Source: Octopus vulgaris (Eukaryota). Taken from it: DNA of 64,000 bases. Position 1 is the stretch's first letter. Each line of letters starts with the position of its first letter. The position numbers were made by a program, and so were the translations under genes. The notes beneath the pieces are model-generated. The model worked only from the letters and a program-made list of their open reading frames with translations. It did no database searches and was not told where the DNA came from. Location of the stretch: NCBI GenBank assembly GCA_951406725.2, contig OX597821.1, forward strand, positions 79,298,001 to 79,362,000, in the 5' to 3' direction. Below, piece by piece: positions 13,853 to 26,290 of the stretch.

Positions 13853-14972
13853 GGGATAGATAGATATATTACATGTGTGTGTCCGTGTAACTACAATAAG
13901 GGCTTAGAAATAAATTTCCTAGCCATATGCTGAGAAAAAGACGCTAAATTGCCTCATCACTGAAAAAAGTCAGAAACACATGTTGAATTCGATGCAACAA
14001 GCCAACGGAAATTTTCGATAAGATAATTCTGCATTAGCTAAAATCTGGATCTGCCCAAATGCTCTCCCATCTTCAGCGGAAACATACTATAGATATAAAT
14101 GAGATATTTATTAATGCACATAGGAAAGCGAAACGCAAATCCATAAATACGCATAAATTCCCCATTCTGCTGCCAGTTTGCGTAGACGCAGGCCAGCAAG
14201 TGTCCGAGCAAGTCCGGCATACTACGATAAAATTCATAGGGCAGACCATCCAGCCCCGGCGACTTGTTCCTGGCGCATTCATCCAGCACATCCCCGACCT
14301 CCGCAGCTGTAATCGACTCTTCACCACATTCGGGCTCCCGCGCCGAGAGTCGCGGCCCGCCGGCGAACAAGTCCTTTAGGGACACACCACGGTCTAGCGC
14401 CCCGCTCGTCCCAAACCACCGGTCGAAATCTCTAATGATTAGTCCACGTCCACTGTGGAACGAGTACCTCACTCAGTCTATATTGGTCTACTAGGTTATA
14501 GCTTGCTAGTAGCTTTTTTAGACCAGAACGTCCCCTTCTATCGGTCGAGCCAACACTATCCACCCCTGCTTCGAGAATAGTGTTAACGTCTCCTACTATA
14601 TCTAGAGTTTTAGACGTCACCAGAAAGCTCTCCAGGTCTCGAAAAAAAAAACACCTTGTCTACCCTCTTTCGGAGCGTAGACCGCTAACGACCTAAAGGA
14701 CTGCTTACTCGCTTGTCACATCTAAGACGACCAACCTAACTTCTCGGTCCAGAAAGACTGTACTTACCTGTATGTCCAAGCTTTTTCTGAACAACACCAC
14801 CAGGCCCCCGTCTCCCCGTCGACTAGGAGAAATAAATTTCTCATAGCCATTTAGAAGAGACAAGAACCCCTGTGGCCCGTTCAACTTCCACTCAGTCGCA
14901 ACACATATATCCGGTTCTAGTGAACTGAAGTCGTTCAGGAGACAAGTTTGCTTCTATTTCGATCTCAGGCCA
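12364..14972. repeat. Copy 2 of the ~2.6 kb duplication
   Basis: Near-identical to 1-2623. Confidence 0.95.
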
Positions 14973-16195
14973 CGAACATTTATATTACCTAACTTAATTT
15001 CCATGGTAAAAATTAAAACAAAAACATACATGTTAAGTATGGGGAGGGGCTGCACGAATTCTCCAGCCTCCCCTTCCTTTTCTTTCCGAGGTTTAGCCGC
15101 TGGGCTAAGAACAAGTCTTTTGTTGGCCATCTCTTGGTTAACATCTTGTATGTCCTGCGGGTATCTCACTTTAGATTGTTTAAATATTTCTGCTACTATC
15201 CTTGCCAACCGTATATTCGGTGGCATATCATGTATCGGTCTGGCCTTGATTTGATTATTTTGTTTGAGGCTTGAACCACCATCTCGAGTGTTTGGCCTTT
15301 CCAGTTTAGAGCCTCTCCCTTTTTCATTTGCGGTATTGATATTTCTTCTGCGTCGTAAATTACGGCCGATGCAATGCAGGTTACATTGTAACCACCTGGT
15401 TTTCTCCTCTATTGTTATTTTTGCAGTTCTCCGGCCTAGGTAGGTCGGGAGCAACATTATCTCCTCATTTTTTAGCGTTTGAGTCGATATTTCTTCTGCT
15501 AATTCAGCGTTTTCAAATTGTGCCTCAATAATGGAGCTTATTGGTCCTCGACCGACATAGGTATAATTTTTCCCTACGGGGGGGGGGGCACTTCTCTACA
15601 ACTTCGTTCTTCATTGACATTATTCTTTTTTCTTTACGGTTGTATATTTTGTATACTACCGTTCTGGCAGTTAAATCTTTCATCATGTACTGTGGTGGAA
15701 GAAGTTTGGTTTCGTTGCCACTTTTCTTTATAAGGTAGCGAAACTTAAATAAATGTTCCTTAGAGAGTTCCAATTCACAGAAATTGCCACCAACCGCAGC
15801 AGAAAAACTTGGCTTTTCCTTTCCTTCCTGGTTACAAACTTGTTTACTTTCTTTCATGGCTGGGAAATCCTTCTCTCAGAACTGAAAATCGACATTCGAC
15901 AACAAATTCAAATCCATTTTTACAAATGACCTCCGAATAACAGAAAAGTTCTAAGTATTATTGTCAAAAACTCCTGCAACGGGTAAAAAAAACACAAAAA
16001 GCAGTCCAACAAGTTATGTAGCAATTAATTTTCTGCCCCGTGGGGCGAAAAGTTTCCTTAAAACGACGACAACAGTTCGATTCCAACAAGCGCACAAACG
16101 TAACAATTTCAACATATAATCAACAACAAAAATACATTAACCTAAAAAACTCACTAAGCCAGAGCAGCCGAAAGCAGAAGGACTTCAGTCTGGAG
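14157..16195 (-). mobile_element. Tx1/L1-like LINE 5' part: UTR, decayed ORF1, and ORF2 APE start
   Basis: ORF1 remnant SFSAAVGG...; ORF2 start MEIKLGNINVRGLRSK; continues into GDVN and KSPGLDG motifs. Confidence 0.75.
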
Positions 16196-16203
16196 TAATT
16201 TCT

Positions 16204-17940
16204 TTATTATGATAATATCTTTCACATGACGTTACAAATATATAGATGAGCTAAGTGAGTTTATCATTAGAACCTGAATGAATCCCAGATACAATTTAAA
16301 TACAATTTTCTCATATATGCTTCGCGACATTTGTCTCTTCTCCTGCCCTGTCTTGCTCTTCAGGTGGTACCTGAAGTAGTATAGCAAGCCTTGGCCGGAT
16401 ATGAAGGACCCTGTCCCTATTCCTTGCATTCTTGTTCTCCATGCACACTCTTTCATTACTGCAACCGTACGCAGAAAACATGCCTCACTTTCCTTTTATA
16501 GTCCGGTTTGCGGTACAGTCTTTATCACAGACTCAGCTGATAGCTGTATTCTTCCCTCGTGCGACAACACGTGTTCTACGTAAATTATCAAGCCCAAAAG
16601 CTGCAGGCACAGTACAAGAGCGCGCAGGACAGTTTCTCTGTCCTGCCCGCACCTTGGGTATGCCGGTGGCATACCCAAGGGTATGCCTGGACAATTTATC
16701 GCGAACAGATAACTCATCCCTGTGACACTACCAGGTCAGGGGTTTTTGGTAATTATCCAAATACCCCGACCTGAATATGTTTTGAAACAGTTTGGCTAGC
16801 TGGTTCTCATCGAACCCCAAAGCCTCTTCTAGGACGCTATAGCTCTTATACTCTACCATCTCTTTATAAAATACAGAGGTGGTATTTCCGCTGCCGGCCT
16901 TGCCCGCACTGTGGATTAGCGCGAGTGCCTATCGGCACTCCTTTTACCATTCAGTTGTATTCTGTCTTTTTATCAAACCGGGTGTAGATTCCTCCAAGGG
17001 GGCCGGTCGTGGAAATAATTCCCCTGAAAGCGAATTCCACACCTGGCCACCATCCAGGTAGAGCCAGAGCGGCCTTAGCCTCAGTGTATGTCTGCATGTC
17101 AATAGCCACCGCAGCCCTAACCTACACTTTAGCGGTTCTACGGATCGCCTCACAAGCGGTTTTCCCTTCCACAAGAAGCGGAAGAGAAGTCGCACCAACT
17201 TGCATAGCCACGAATCGGGGCAAGGGACAACGGTCAGACGATGGGTGATAACAGACGCAATAAACAACTGCAACACCTCAGCCCTCTCTTTCAGAGACAG
17301 CGCACTTCCAGACCAGGTTCGGACTAGGGCCTCCACCCTGCCTGCCACCTCACTCCAATTCTTCTCCGTCTGGGAGTCTGGACCAAACTCCAAGCTACTT
17401 AACAGGACCATCTGTTCAGTGCCCCACGACACTGGACGTTATCGGCTTGCTACTCCACGTGCTGTGCCGCAAACCGATGTACTTGTCCTTGTTAACTTTT
17501 GCCCCTGCCACTGCCTTGTATCCTTTGATTTTATCCTGATCACAAGGTAGCTGAGCTACATTGGACACAGTGATGGTGACGTCATCCGCATATGCAGAAA
17601 CAGACTTACCACATCCTATTTCATTGGGGATGCCCCCCAAATTCTCCAACCTCCGCATCAATGGCTCAAGAGTCAATAGATACAGAAGCGGAGACAGGGA
17701 GGAACCCTTGCTGAACCTAGCGCTGAATCTCAAACCGTTCCGACAGGTAACTGTGGATTTGATGCCACCATAAATGGCCTTGATCCAACCGCGGAAGTCC
17801 GAGCCTAGCCTTGCCGTCTCAAGAACTGCCGCCAGGTACTGGTGGTCTACCCTATCGAAAGTTTTACTTTGGTCTAAATGGACCAATGCCCCACCTTTAC
17901 CGGATAATTTACCCACCCTGTCTAAGGTGTAGCGTAAGCG
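16204..17940 (-). mobile_element. Tx1/L1-like LINE 3' part (RT, C-terminal zinc-knuckle remnant), decayed
   Basis: LDQSKTFDRVDH, SLSPLLY, AYADDV, LLFRFLWKGK, PRCGQDRETV; AATAAA at 16209-16204. Confidence 0.85.
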
Positions 17941-18113
17941 ATGAAGTTTAGGGATACCGTAGAATAAACTTGATCTGCACTTGAAGTTGGTAGTGTAGTC
18001 GTACTCCATGTCTGTGAGTCCTTCTCGGTATGAGTTGAATAATGTCGTGAGGTTATTCATTATTTTTGGTTGGGCCCCTTCGTAGTATGCCTCATATCCT
18101 AATAGGGATAGTA

Positions 18114-18578
18114 CTAAATTTTATAATCATTTCTGTTCATTAATACTACCGCGTTGCTCCCATCTACCAACTTGATTGTTATGGTTTTACCTTCTCTTAG
18201 TTTGATGAGGTCGTTCCATTCTCTTTTGTTGAAGTTTGGTCTGTATTTTTGCTTATTGGGGAGTTGAAAAGGGAGATTGGTTATGTGGTCACAAAAGCGT
18301 TCTAAGGCTTTATTCTTTCCCTTGGTGGGGGTGTAGTCGCTGTTGTTTCTAGCTATTGATTCGTCATCTATTTGTTTGCCATGATATTCCTCGGCAAGTC
18401 TTAATTTCCTACAAAATTCCGAAATATCGTCTTTCGTTTCATAGTAATTTGGACGTTGTGGGGTTGGGATAAATATAAGTCCTTTGGATAGTATGCTTAT
18501 TTCGTTAGGTGTAAGGTCTTTATTTGAGAGATTGATTATTTTAATTACCTGTGGTTTCTTTTGTTTGTCCGTTGCCAT
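18114..18578 (-). pseudogene. Penelope-like RT N-terminal region
   Basis: ORF with the PLE-typical INLS...LSKGL.F.PTP motif, then a degenerate IK.ADKG.AVV motif (IKLVDGSNAVV). Confidence 0.8.
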
Positions 18579-19899
18579 CGTGTATCCCTGTTCCTGTATG
18601 TTAGTCTACAAAATGGTTGGTGTGGTTATGTTGAAAAACAATGTTTATCTGTCTCCTGTTGTAATTTTTAGAGTGGGTTTGTGGTGCTCTGTTTTGTAGT
18701 CTATTTTTGAACCGCGTGTTCCGTCTTAGTGTATCAGGTATATAGTGTTGGTAGTTGTTTCTTCTGTAGTGTTTTTGTTGTTTGTTAAGTTTGTTAAGTT
18801 TGTATGGTTGGTTCCTAGAGTAGAGGTTTGGTAGTTGAGTTTTAGTTGGGTTATGTAGATTGTAGTTCATAGAATTGTGTGTTGCATCCCCATGGTTCTT
18901 GAAATGGTGTGATGGGTCACTGTAGGTGTTTTGGGGTTGATTTAGGTAGTGTGGGGTGCGTTTAAAATGTCTTTCTCTGATAGGCAATGTATTTAGATTT
19001 CTTGGTGGTTGTTCCGTTCTGTTGGCATGTGGTTTTGTTTTTCTTAATTTTATGAAGGGGTTGTTGGACATGTGTTCAGTTTTGAAGTTGGTTTCATAAT
19101 CCAAGAACCATTTGGCGCTCTTTTCCCATCGTTGGAGGGACATTGGTTCCTATTTTTCTTAGTTTAAGTAATATTTCAGTATCGATACCGTCTGATAGTT
19201 TGTTGACTTCATTGATTTCTTCATCCATGGGTTTTACTTCTTCTTCATTCGTCTTTGCTCTCAGTTTAAGTAGTTCAATTTCCATCTTCATTTTTTCTAA
19301 TGACATTTTTTCTCTAAGTCTTCTTTGTGCTTCTGGTTCTTCCCGGATGGGTTTCATTTGTAATTTGCTGGGTATGATTTGGGGTGTTGAGTTCAGCCAC
19401 TTTTGGTAAATCTCTGCTTTATTCTGATCTTGTATTATTTTGCAAAATGCGAATTTTCTGTTTTGCTGCAGTTTTCTCCATTGTGGAAAGACTTGGTTTT
19501 ATATTTGTAATCTTGAAGTTATTGGGTTCTTCCCATGTGGTCCTTCGTTTTGTTGCCCTTGTTTTGTAAAGTTTGTAAAGAATGTCTTCATTGTATCGCA
19601 TAGATTTCCAAGGTGCTCCTACATTTCAGAGGGTGTTTTCTTCGTCTCCGTTTCTTCATTATTTGAGTTGAGTTTGTTTAAGACTGTTATTAGGTCTGAG
19701 TTTTTGCTCTTCAGTTCATTTAGCATCTCTTCATTTATAGAGAAGATGGTGTTTGTGTCTGTTTTAGTCGGCATTTTCAGAAGCTCGTACGTAATATGAT
19801 ATTTATAAAACAAGTGTAGGGGTATACGAGTGGGTATATATTTGTAAAAAAGAAGTTTGAAAACGCCACTATATAAGATAAATTTTAATTTTCTGAGAG

Positions 19900-19949
19900 A
19901 TTTTACATGTTTCGGTCCTTCTTAAAAAAACCAGCCTTATCAAAAAAAT
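19900..19949 (-). ncRNA. Minimal hammerhead variant (U3:A8) in the Penelope UTR
   Basis: ttt TTGATAA ggct ggtttttt-taa-gaaggacc GAAA catg TA aaat; homolog at 36241-36289. Confidence 0.6.
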
Positions 19950-20318
19950 ATAATTTTAAAAGTTAAGTGTAATAAAAGAAAAGTTCCTAATTATTTCTTA
20001 CTAGTCTCAACAAAATCCACGTGGAAGCGTTTTATGTGTGGGAACATAATGGCTGTGTTGTGCGTTGTCTAGAAACGTTGGGTGTAATAGCAGCAGTAGT
20101 AGAGACCTTTGGTCGTAGTGGCTGTAGTAGTGACCGTGATGGTAGTGATGGTTGCAGTTGTAGCAGTAGTTCATAGGCTGTATTAGTAGTAGTAGCAGTA
20201 GTAGTAGAGTGCAAATGACCGCTGGCTGTAATAGCAGCGGTAGCAGAGACCATAGGTCGTAGTAGTATAAGTGACCGTGGTGGTGGGGGGTGGAGTTGTA
20301 GCAGCAGTTCATTGGCTA

Positions 20319-20373
<55 letters not shown>

Positions 20374-20510
20374 CGAAGTGGAAGTGACTGTTGGCTGTAA
20401 TAGCAACAGTTGCACAGACCGTTGATTGCAGTAGTAGTAGAGATCGTGGTGGTAGTGTTGTTTGGAGTTGTAGAATTTTTTTTTTCTTTTTGGATAACCA
20501 ATATATGGTC

Positions 20511-20830
20511 TTAATGTCCCTGGCCCAGGGTGTTTAAACTTGGTCCGAATTTTCTCATGAAATGGAGTTCTTTGTTATGACGTGAAGTGAAGGTTACGTT
20601 GTTTTTGAATTGGTAAAGTGGGAAAGTTGTGAATTTTTGATTTTTCTTTGATGCACATCTGTCTATGTGGCCGCTGACAGGTATTTTCCTGTATTCGGGA
20701 TTCCTAATTTGGGATTTATGTACTGCCATCCTGTTTCGTAGACTGTTTTTTATATGACCAATATATTGCCTATTGCAACCTGCGCATGTTATCACGTAAA
20801 TTAACTTTTCCGATGCACAGATGAAGTTTA
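20511..20830 (-). pseudogene. Penelope-type GIY-YIG endonuclease domain
   Basis: FICASEKLIYVITCAGCNRQYIGHIKNSLRNRMAVH...VSGH...E...GPSLN. Confidence 0.85.
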
Positions 20831-21714
20831 TTCTGATGGAAAAATGATAGCCTTGTTCTAATGTGTATTCCGAACCTTCTGCTATCCCAAATTATGAATC
20901 CTGAATACAGGAACATACCTGTCAGCGGCCACATAGACAGATGTGCTGTCCCCTCTGTGTGAATGGCCGCAGTGGCAAAATAAAGACAGAGAGCGAGTCG
21001 GTGAGCTGTGTAAATCAGGGAGTTGCGTATTGTTGAGTTTAATTACAAGTATTGTGTATCTTGAGTAGAACGATTTGCCAGGAAGTTATTTATTACCCCG
21101 TTATATCGTACGGCGAACGTGCGATACAACAGTATACAAGTAAACTGGGAGTTCTGCAAAAGGGAAACGTAGAATAAGTAGTATGCTTTAAACACGAACG
21201 GGGTTCCATTTCATTGAGTAAAAAACACTTTAAACATGGTCCACAATAAGCTGGAAGGTGTCAGACTCGAACAACTGACAGAATAATATGCTATCCTCCT
21301 CCTTCTCATCATCATCATTGTAACGGTCGTCTATTCATAGTTGCATGGGTCGAAGAGAGTTCAGTGTCCAGATATTCTACACAGGGATGCCCATCCTGTC
21401 GAAACCATCGCCTACTTCGGAGAGAGACAAGGCTTCTTCATGGTTGCACATGTTGATGGCGGCGGTAGAGTCGGGTGGAAGGTGGTGCGGAAATACAAAG
21501 GATGTCGGTAAGTCTGTAAGAAACTAATGAATATCTTACACAGAATTTGAATAAAAGTCGAAACTTTAATAACAAATACAAGGATTAAATACGTATATAT
21601 GGCTTGAATACACGCGCGTATGTATACATTTATACCAGAATGTATGTATGTATGTATGTATGTATGTATGTATGTATGTATGTATGTATGTATGTATGAA
21701 TGTATATGTGTATG

Positions 21715-22245
21715 TCAGGTCACTTTCGGGTGCTAATTGTAACATGTAACCCAGTACAACCTGTTGCATGGTCGGGTCGTCGGCGACTAAACCGGCAACT
21801 CCACCAAGTTTGCTTGGTGAGGCGGGGTGTTTATTGGACACTCTGCGGGATGAAAAACAAAACCCGTCAAAGGGCGGAGGAACTCTTGAGAGTCAACGAC
21901 CATCCAATAAATGTCTTAAGGCTGTATCATGCGCGGGGACATAGAAATAATCGGACTGAATACCGTTGGGAGTGAAGGACTTCTAGCCTTTGTTAGGGCA
22001 TCCTTCTAGGCGAAGGTAACTCAGGTAACTGGGATAACTCCGATATAAAACCTCAGAGGTTACCGATAATGTTGACTTGTTCTTCTTTTCGGATTATGGC
22101 TGCTGTTGCTAAGTTAGTGGGATTGACTCAGTGCACAGCCTTTCCTCACTTTAAAAATAATCTTCTTGCACAGGCATTGCACGATAACAACATTGATTAA
22201 GCTTCGTGCAATGGCCATATGCGATAACGAGGAGACAGCACCATG
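21715..22245 (+). mobile_element. Non-autonomous retroelement with an RTE-like 3' tail in (TATG)n
   Basis: 3' end aagcttcgtgcaatggccat..cgataacgag shared with the LINE fragment at 61588-61632; (tatg)n on both sides. Confidence 0.6.
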
Positions 22246-22539
22246 TATGTATGTATGTATGTATGTATGTATGTATGTATGTATGTATGTATGTATGTAT
22301 GTATGTATGTATGTATGTATGTATTATGTATGTGTGTATGTTATTATCCAGTTTTATATGTACAGTGTGAGCCGGATTCTAACCTAGATCCAATGTTCCT
22401 TCATTGGAATTTCAACATCACAGGGTACATTTTCATGTATGTATGAGAATATTAGCCGTATTTGAAATTAGTACACCTGCAGATTTGTATATTTGGTTTT
22501 GTGTATGTATTCTCATGCATATATTTAAATGATAAATTT

Positions 22540-22900
22540 CTGGAAACATTTAGATTTTAAGAGATCCAGAGGTGACCTCGATCTGTAGATTTCGAATCAG
22601 CATTTTCCCGTTTGGTTTAAGGAAGCCTAATTTCTTGGGATTAGACAGTGTGTTGCATATCCCAGTGCTCCAATAATTACAGATTACAAGTTCAAGTCTA
22701 TACGTTAATTTATAATATAGGACGTGTGACTGTAGATTTCTCAAGACTTCAAGAATTCTTTTTATGATCTTTAGATTTACGTTAACATCCGCTGGTCAGC
22801 TCATTTCCACAGCTGTACACAGATTGTCTTCTCTGAGTCAAATCTTCTCTGTCACGTCGATTATGTTCACATTTTATTGAGGGTTTCACTGGGACATTTC
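22540..22900 (-). mobile_element. Decayed RLE-domain LINE 3' fragment
   Basis: Remnant translation CTAVEMS.PADVNVNLKI resembles the FLIDVSIPADDNVSLKE motif of the element at 62866-64000. Confidence 0.5.
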
Positions 22901-23168
22901 AAAAATACTCGTTCTTATTAGCGGCTATAGCTTCTACTATCTTGTGGGTCCTCGTAATATATGTATTATGAATCACTGTGTGTGTGTGTGTCTTTAGCAA
23001 TATTATACATACATATGTGTGTATGTGTGCGTGAGTATGTTTGTGTGTGTACATAGATATATACATGTATTGGTATACAATATATATAGATATATAATGT
23101 CTACATACAGCTCTTTATATACACATACATACAGAGACACACACACATACACACACATATATATATGT

Positions 23169-23468
23169 AGGTCCCGGGTTGAGTCGGGGTTAACCACAGT
23201 AAATAAGGTACTCAATACATAGCAGAGTAAATTAATTTATTTTATAGAAGGAGCTTCTACAGGACTAGAACTGTTTCATTCAAAAGAAATCATCAGGAAG
23301 CTAGGTGACAAGAATAGTTTTGGCATTTATACATTTAGGCAGGTTTAAAGGGGTGGTGGTGGGGGACTTTTTGGGGTAGGCATGGCGCAAACTATCATTC
23401 TTCGGGGAGTGGTCAAAGAAATCAGTGATAAAGTAGATAAAAGAATAAATAAAAGAATACATAAAAGA

Positions 23469-23499
<31 letters not shown>

Positions 23500-23570
23500 C
23501 ATATATACATATATATATACATATACATACACATACACACATACATCCATATACACATGTACATATGCAC
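23169..23570 (-). mobile_element. Hammerhead-bearing element family F (inverted partner at ~27579-27866)
   Basis: Non-coding island between microsatellites, reverse complement of 27579-27866. Confidence 0.7.
23252..23302 (-). ncRNA. Type I hammerhead ribozyme (family F)
   Basis: Reverse complement reads agcttc CTGATGA tttc-tttt-gaat GAAA cag-ttctagtc-ctg TA gaagct. Confidence 0.85.
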
Positions 23571-23688
23571 CCATATACATACATCTACGTACACACCCAT
23601 ACCCATACTCATACATACACACATATATGTCTACACACATATATATATAAAAAGGTGATATACACCCCCATACACACACGCTCACATA

Positions 23689-23726
<38 letters not shown>

Positions 23727-23740
23727 TACACATACACACA

Positions 23741-23770
<30 letters not shown>

Positions 23771-23773
<3 letters not shown>

Positions 23774-26290
23774 TTGACTTCATGGATGACTTCTTCTTGT
23801 TCCAACTGGTACTCGAACCAACGAGATGTCACAAAAACGTCTTAGACTTAATTTTCAGCAATCACACTGATACTATCCACAATATTGCAGTGGAGAAAAC
23901 CCTACTCTCCGACCATGACATGGTTCTCTGTGATCTGAGATTTCACTGGCCAAAATGCAAAACAAATGTCATCCCTCCTGTTCATCCATTTGACACTATG
24001 GATTTCCACAATGCAAACTGGGATGCGATCAATAATGATCTTGCACAAGTCGATTGGTCCTTCACGCACACATACACACCCACTAACATCAAAAAGTCCT
24101 GGCAGCCACTTGTAGACACCATCACGAACATATGTGCAAGACACACCGCATTAAGATCTGCAAACAAATCTAAGTGTCGAATCCCTAGAAATAGAAAATC
24201 TCTCATAAGGAAAATTAAAAGAATCAACAAAAAGATCAACATGCTGAAATACTGTCAACAGCAACACACCAACCTGACTGCCATCTCGTCGCTAGAGATT
24301 AAAAAACATAAACTCCAAAACAACATGATGTCTATCATCAATAGTCAGCGAAGAGCTGAAGAGGCCTGGGCCATTGAGAAGATCAAACTCAATCCCAAAG
24401 TGTTCTTTTCATTTGCAAAAAAACACAGAGTCACTAGTTCTACTGTTGGCCCTCTGATTGATGAAAATGGTACTCTTCAAGACAATGCCAAAACCATGGG
24501 AGAGATATTGCAGAAACAATATTGCTCTGTTTTCAGCAATCCTGATATGACTGATCTGGGCTGTATCAGTGATGTTACTCCCCAATACACTTTATCGGAC
24601 ATAACATTTGGCGCTCCTGATGTCTTAGCAGCAATAAAGGAAATGAAGCATAATTCAGCAGTAGGTCCCGATAGGTTCCCTGCTTGTGTCTTGAAGATGT
24701 GTCAAAACCAACTTGCACCCCCTCTAGCCAATCTGTGGCGGAACTCACTGGATGCTGGATATATACCAGAAGACCTTCTATCCCAGTCTGTTGTCCCAGT
24801 TTTCAAAAAAGGAAACAAATCGCTTGCCGTGAATTACCGTCCAATCTCACTCACCTCTCATATCATCAAGGTATTTGAGAGGGTGCTGAGATCGCGTATG
24901 ACTCACTTCCTTGAGAGTCATAATATGCTGAACCCCAACCAGCATGGATTCCGTAATGGGAGAGATTGCCTGACGCAGCTACTGCATCATTTTGATGACG
25001 TTTTGAGAGCCTTGGGAGAAGGTTCCAACACTGATGTCATCTACCTTGATTTCAGCAAGGCCTTTGACAGGGTTGATCATAAGATCCTTCTGAGAAAGCT
25101 GTCCAATATTGGTGTCACTGGAAAGCTGCTGCAGTGGATCAAGTGCTTCCTGTCTAACAGAACCCAACATGTTGTAGTCGAAGGTGTCAAATCCAGCCCA
25201 GCCAAAGTCAGCAGTGGTGTCCCACAAGGCACTGTGTTGGGCCCACTTCTCTTCATCATCTACATAAATGATATTACTGACACCATCAAACACAGTAACA
25301 TCAGAACCTTCGCTAATGATTCCAAGCTCCAGAAGGTCATCAATGGCGTGGATGACCGAATAAACCTTCAGTCAGACCTACTGGCTGTTGTCCAATGGGC
25401 GGAAAAGAATAACATGTTGCTAAATGAAGACAAATTCGAACTGATCCACTTTGGAAGGGAGGACGCTCTGAAACTCCCATACTCTCTTCCTTCTGGAGAA
25501 ATTCTCATAGCATCCAACAACATCAGAGACCTGGGAGTAACAGTGGACAACAACATAAGCTGGGCTACACATATAAGCAGCAAAGTTGACATGGCCCGCA
25601 GAATGTGTTCCTGGATTCTCAGAACCTTCCAGTCGAGAGATTCCCACGCTATTATCCTTCTCTTCTCCACTTTTGCCCGACCCCACCTTGAATACTGCTG
25701 TCCACTGTGGTCTCCCTACACAAAACAAAATATTATGAGAATTGAAGCTCCCCAAAGGTCAATCACAAAAAAGATAGATGGCATGTCAGACCTTGACTAC
25801 TGGGGTAGACTAGAGAAGCTGAAATTGTATTCACTCCAACGACGCCGTGAACGCTACATTATCTGTATGATGTGGAAAATATTCCACCAGCACTGTCCGA
25901 ATGATGTTGGCATCACCTTCAAAATGCATCCAAGGCTCGGACCACGTGCCATCCGTCCACAACAAAAATCTAAATCGCATCACATAACGACAATACGGCA
26001 CAACTATTTCACCTCAATTGGACCTGCTCTCTTCAACATTACACCAGGGCACGTCAAAAAAGAAACTGACCACACAAAATTCAAGAAGTCTTTGGACAAA
26101 TTCCTTCAAACAGTACCGGACAAACCACCCACACCCGGATATGTCTCCGCAAACAATAACTCTCTGCTCGAATGGGCCTTGGTGCCCAAATCCTGAACTG
26201 AAAGACTTCGCCAGGTGGTGCTATTAAGTTAGACATGGCCTGGGCCAATACTGGCCAAACCCTTTCTAAGTTATTCTAAGTTATAAGTTA
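23771..26290 (+). mobile_element. 5'-truncated CR1/L2-type LINE inserted in (TA)n
   Basis: Long RT ORF; 3' stem-loop and (ctaagtta)-type tail; (TA)n on both flanks. Confidence 0.92.
23782..26196 (+). CDS. LINE ORF2 (end of APE + reverse transcriptase); catalytic FADD mutated to FAND
   Basis: NYRPISLTS, QHGFR, YLDFSKAFDRVDH, GVPQGTVLGPLLF, LYSLQRRRERY. Confidence 0.9.
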   Translation: MDDFFLFQLVLEPTRCHKNVLDLIFSNHTDTIHNIAVEKTLLSDHDMVLCDLRFHWPKCKTNVIPPVHPFDTMDFHNANWDAINNDLAQVDWSFTHTYTPTNIKKSWQPLVDTITNICARHTALRSANKSKCRIPRNRKSLIRKIKRINKKINMLKYCQQQHTNLTAISSLEIKKHKLQNNMMSIINSQRRAEEAWAIEKIKLNPKVFFSFAKKHRVTSSTVGPLIDENGTLQDNAKTMGEILQKQYCSVFSNPDMTDLGCISDVTPQYTLSDITFGAPDVLAAIKEMKHNSAVGPDRFPACVLKMCQNQLAPPLANLWRNSLDAGYIPEDLLSQSVVPVFKKGNKSLAVNYRPISLTSHIIKVFERVLRSRMTHFLESHNMLNPNQHGFRNGRDCLTQLLHHFDDVLRALGEGSNTDVIYLDFSKAFDRVDHKILLRKLSNIGVTGKLLQWIKCFLSNRTQHVVVEGVKSSPAKVSSGVPQGTVLGPLLFIIYINDITDTIKHSNIRTFANDSKLQKVINGVDDRINLQSDLLAVVQWAEKNNMLLNEDKFELIHFGREDALKLPYSLPSGEILIASNNIRDLGVTVDNNISWATHISSKVDMARRMCSWILRTFQSRDSHAIILLFSTFARPHLEYCCPLWSPYTKQNIMRIEAPQRSITKKIDGMSDLDYWGRLEKLKLYSLQRRRERYIICMMWKIFHQHCPNDVGITFKMHPRLGPRAIRPQQKSKSHHITTIRHNYFTSIGPALFNITPGHVKKETDHTKFKKSLDKFLQTVPDKPPTPGYVSANNNSLLEWALVPKS

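Larger units (their letters stand above)
17941..20880 (-). mobile_element. Penelope-like retroelement: GIY-YIG end of an upstream unit, UTR with hammerhead, then 5' region and RT N-terminus of the next unit
   Basis: IINLSNKDLTPNEISILSKGLIFIPTP and FYGIPKLH (PLE pre-RT motifs); LIYVITCAGCNRQYIG...RMAVH (GIY-YIG). Confidence 0.85.
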
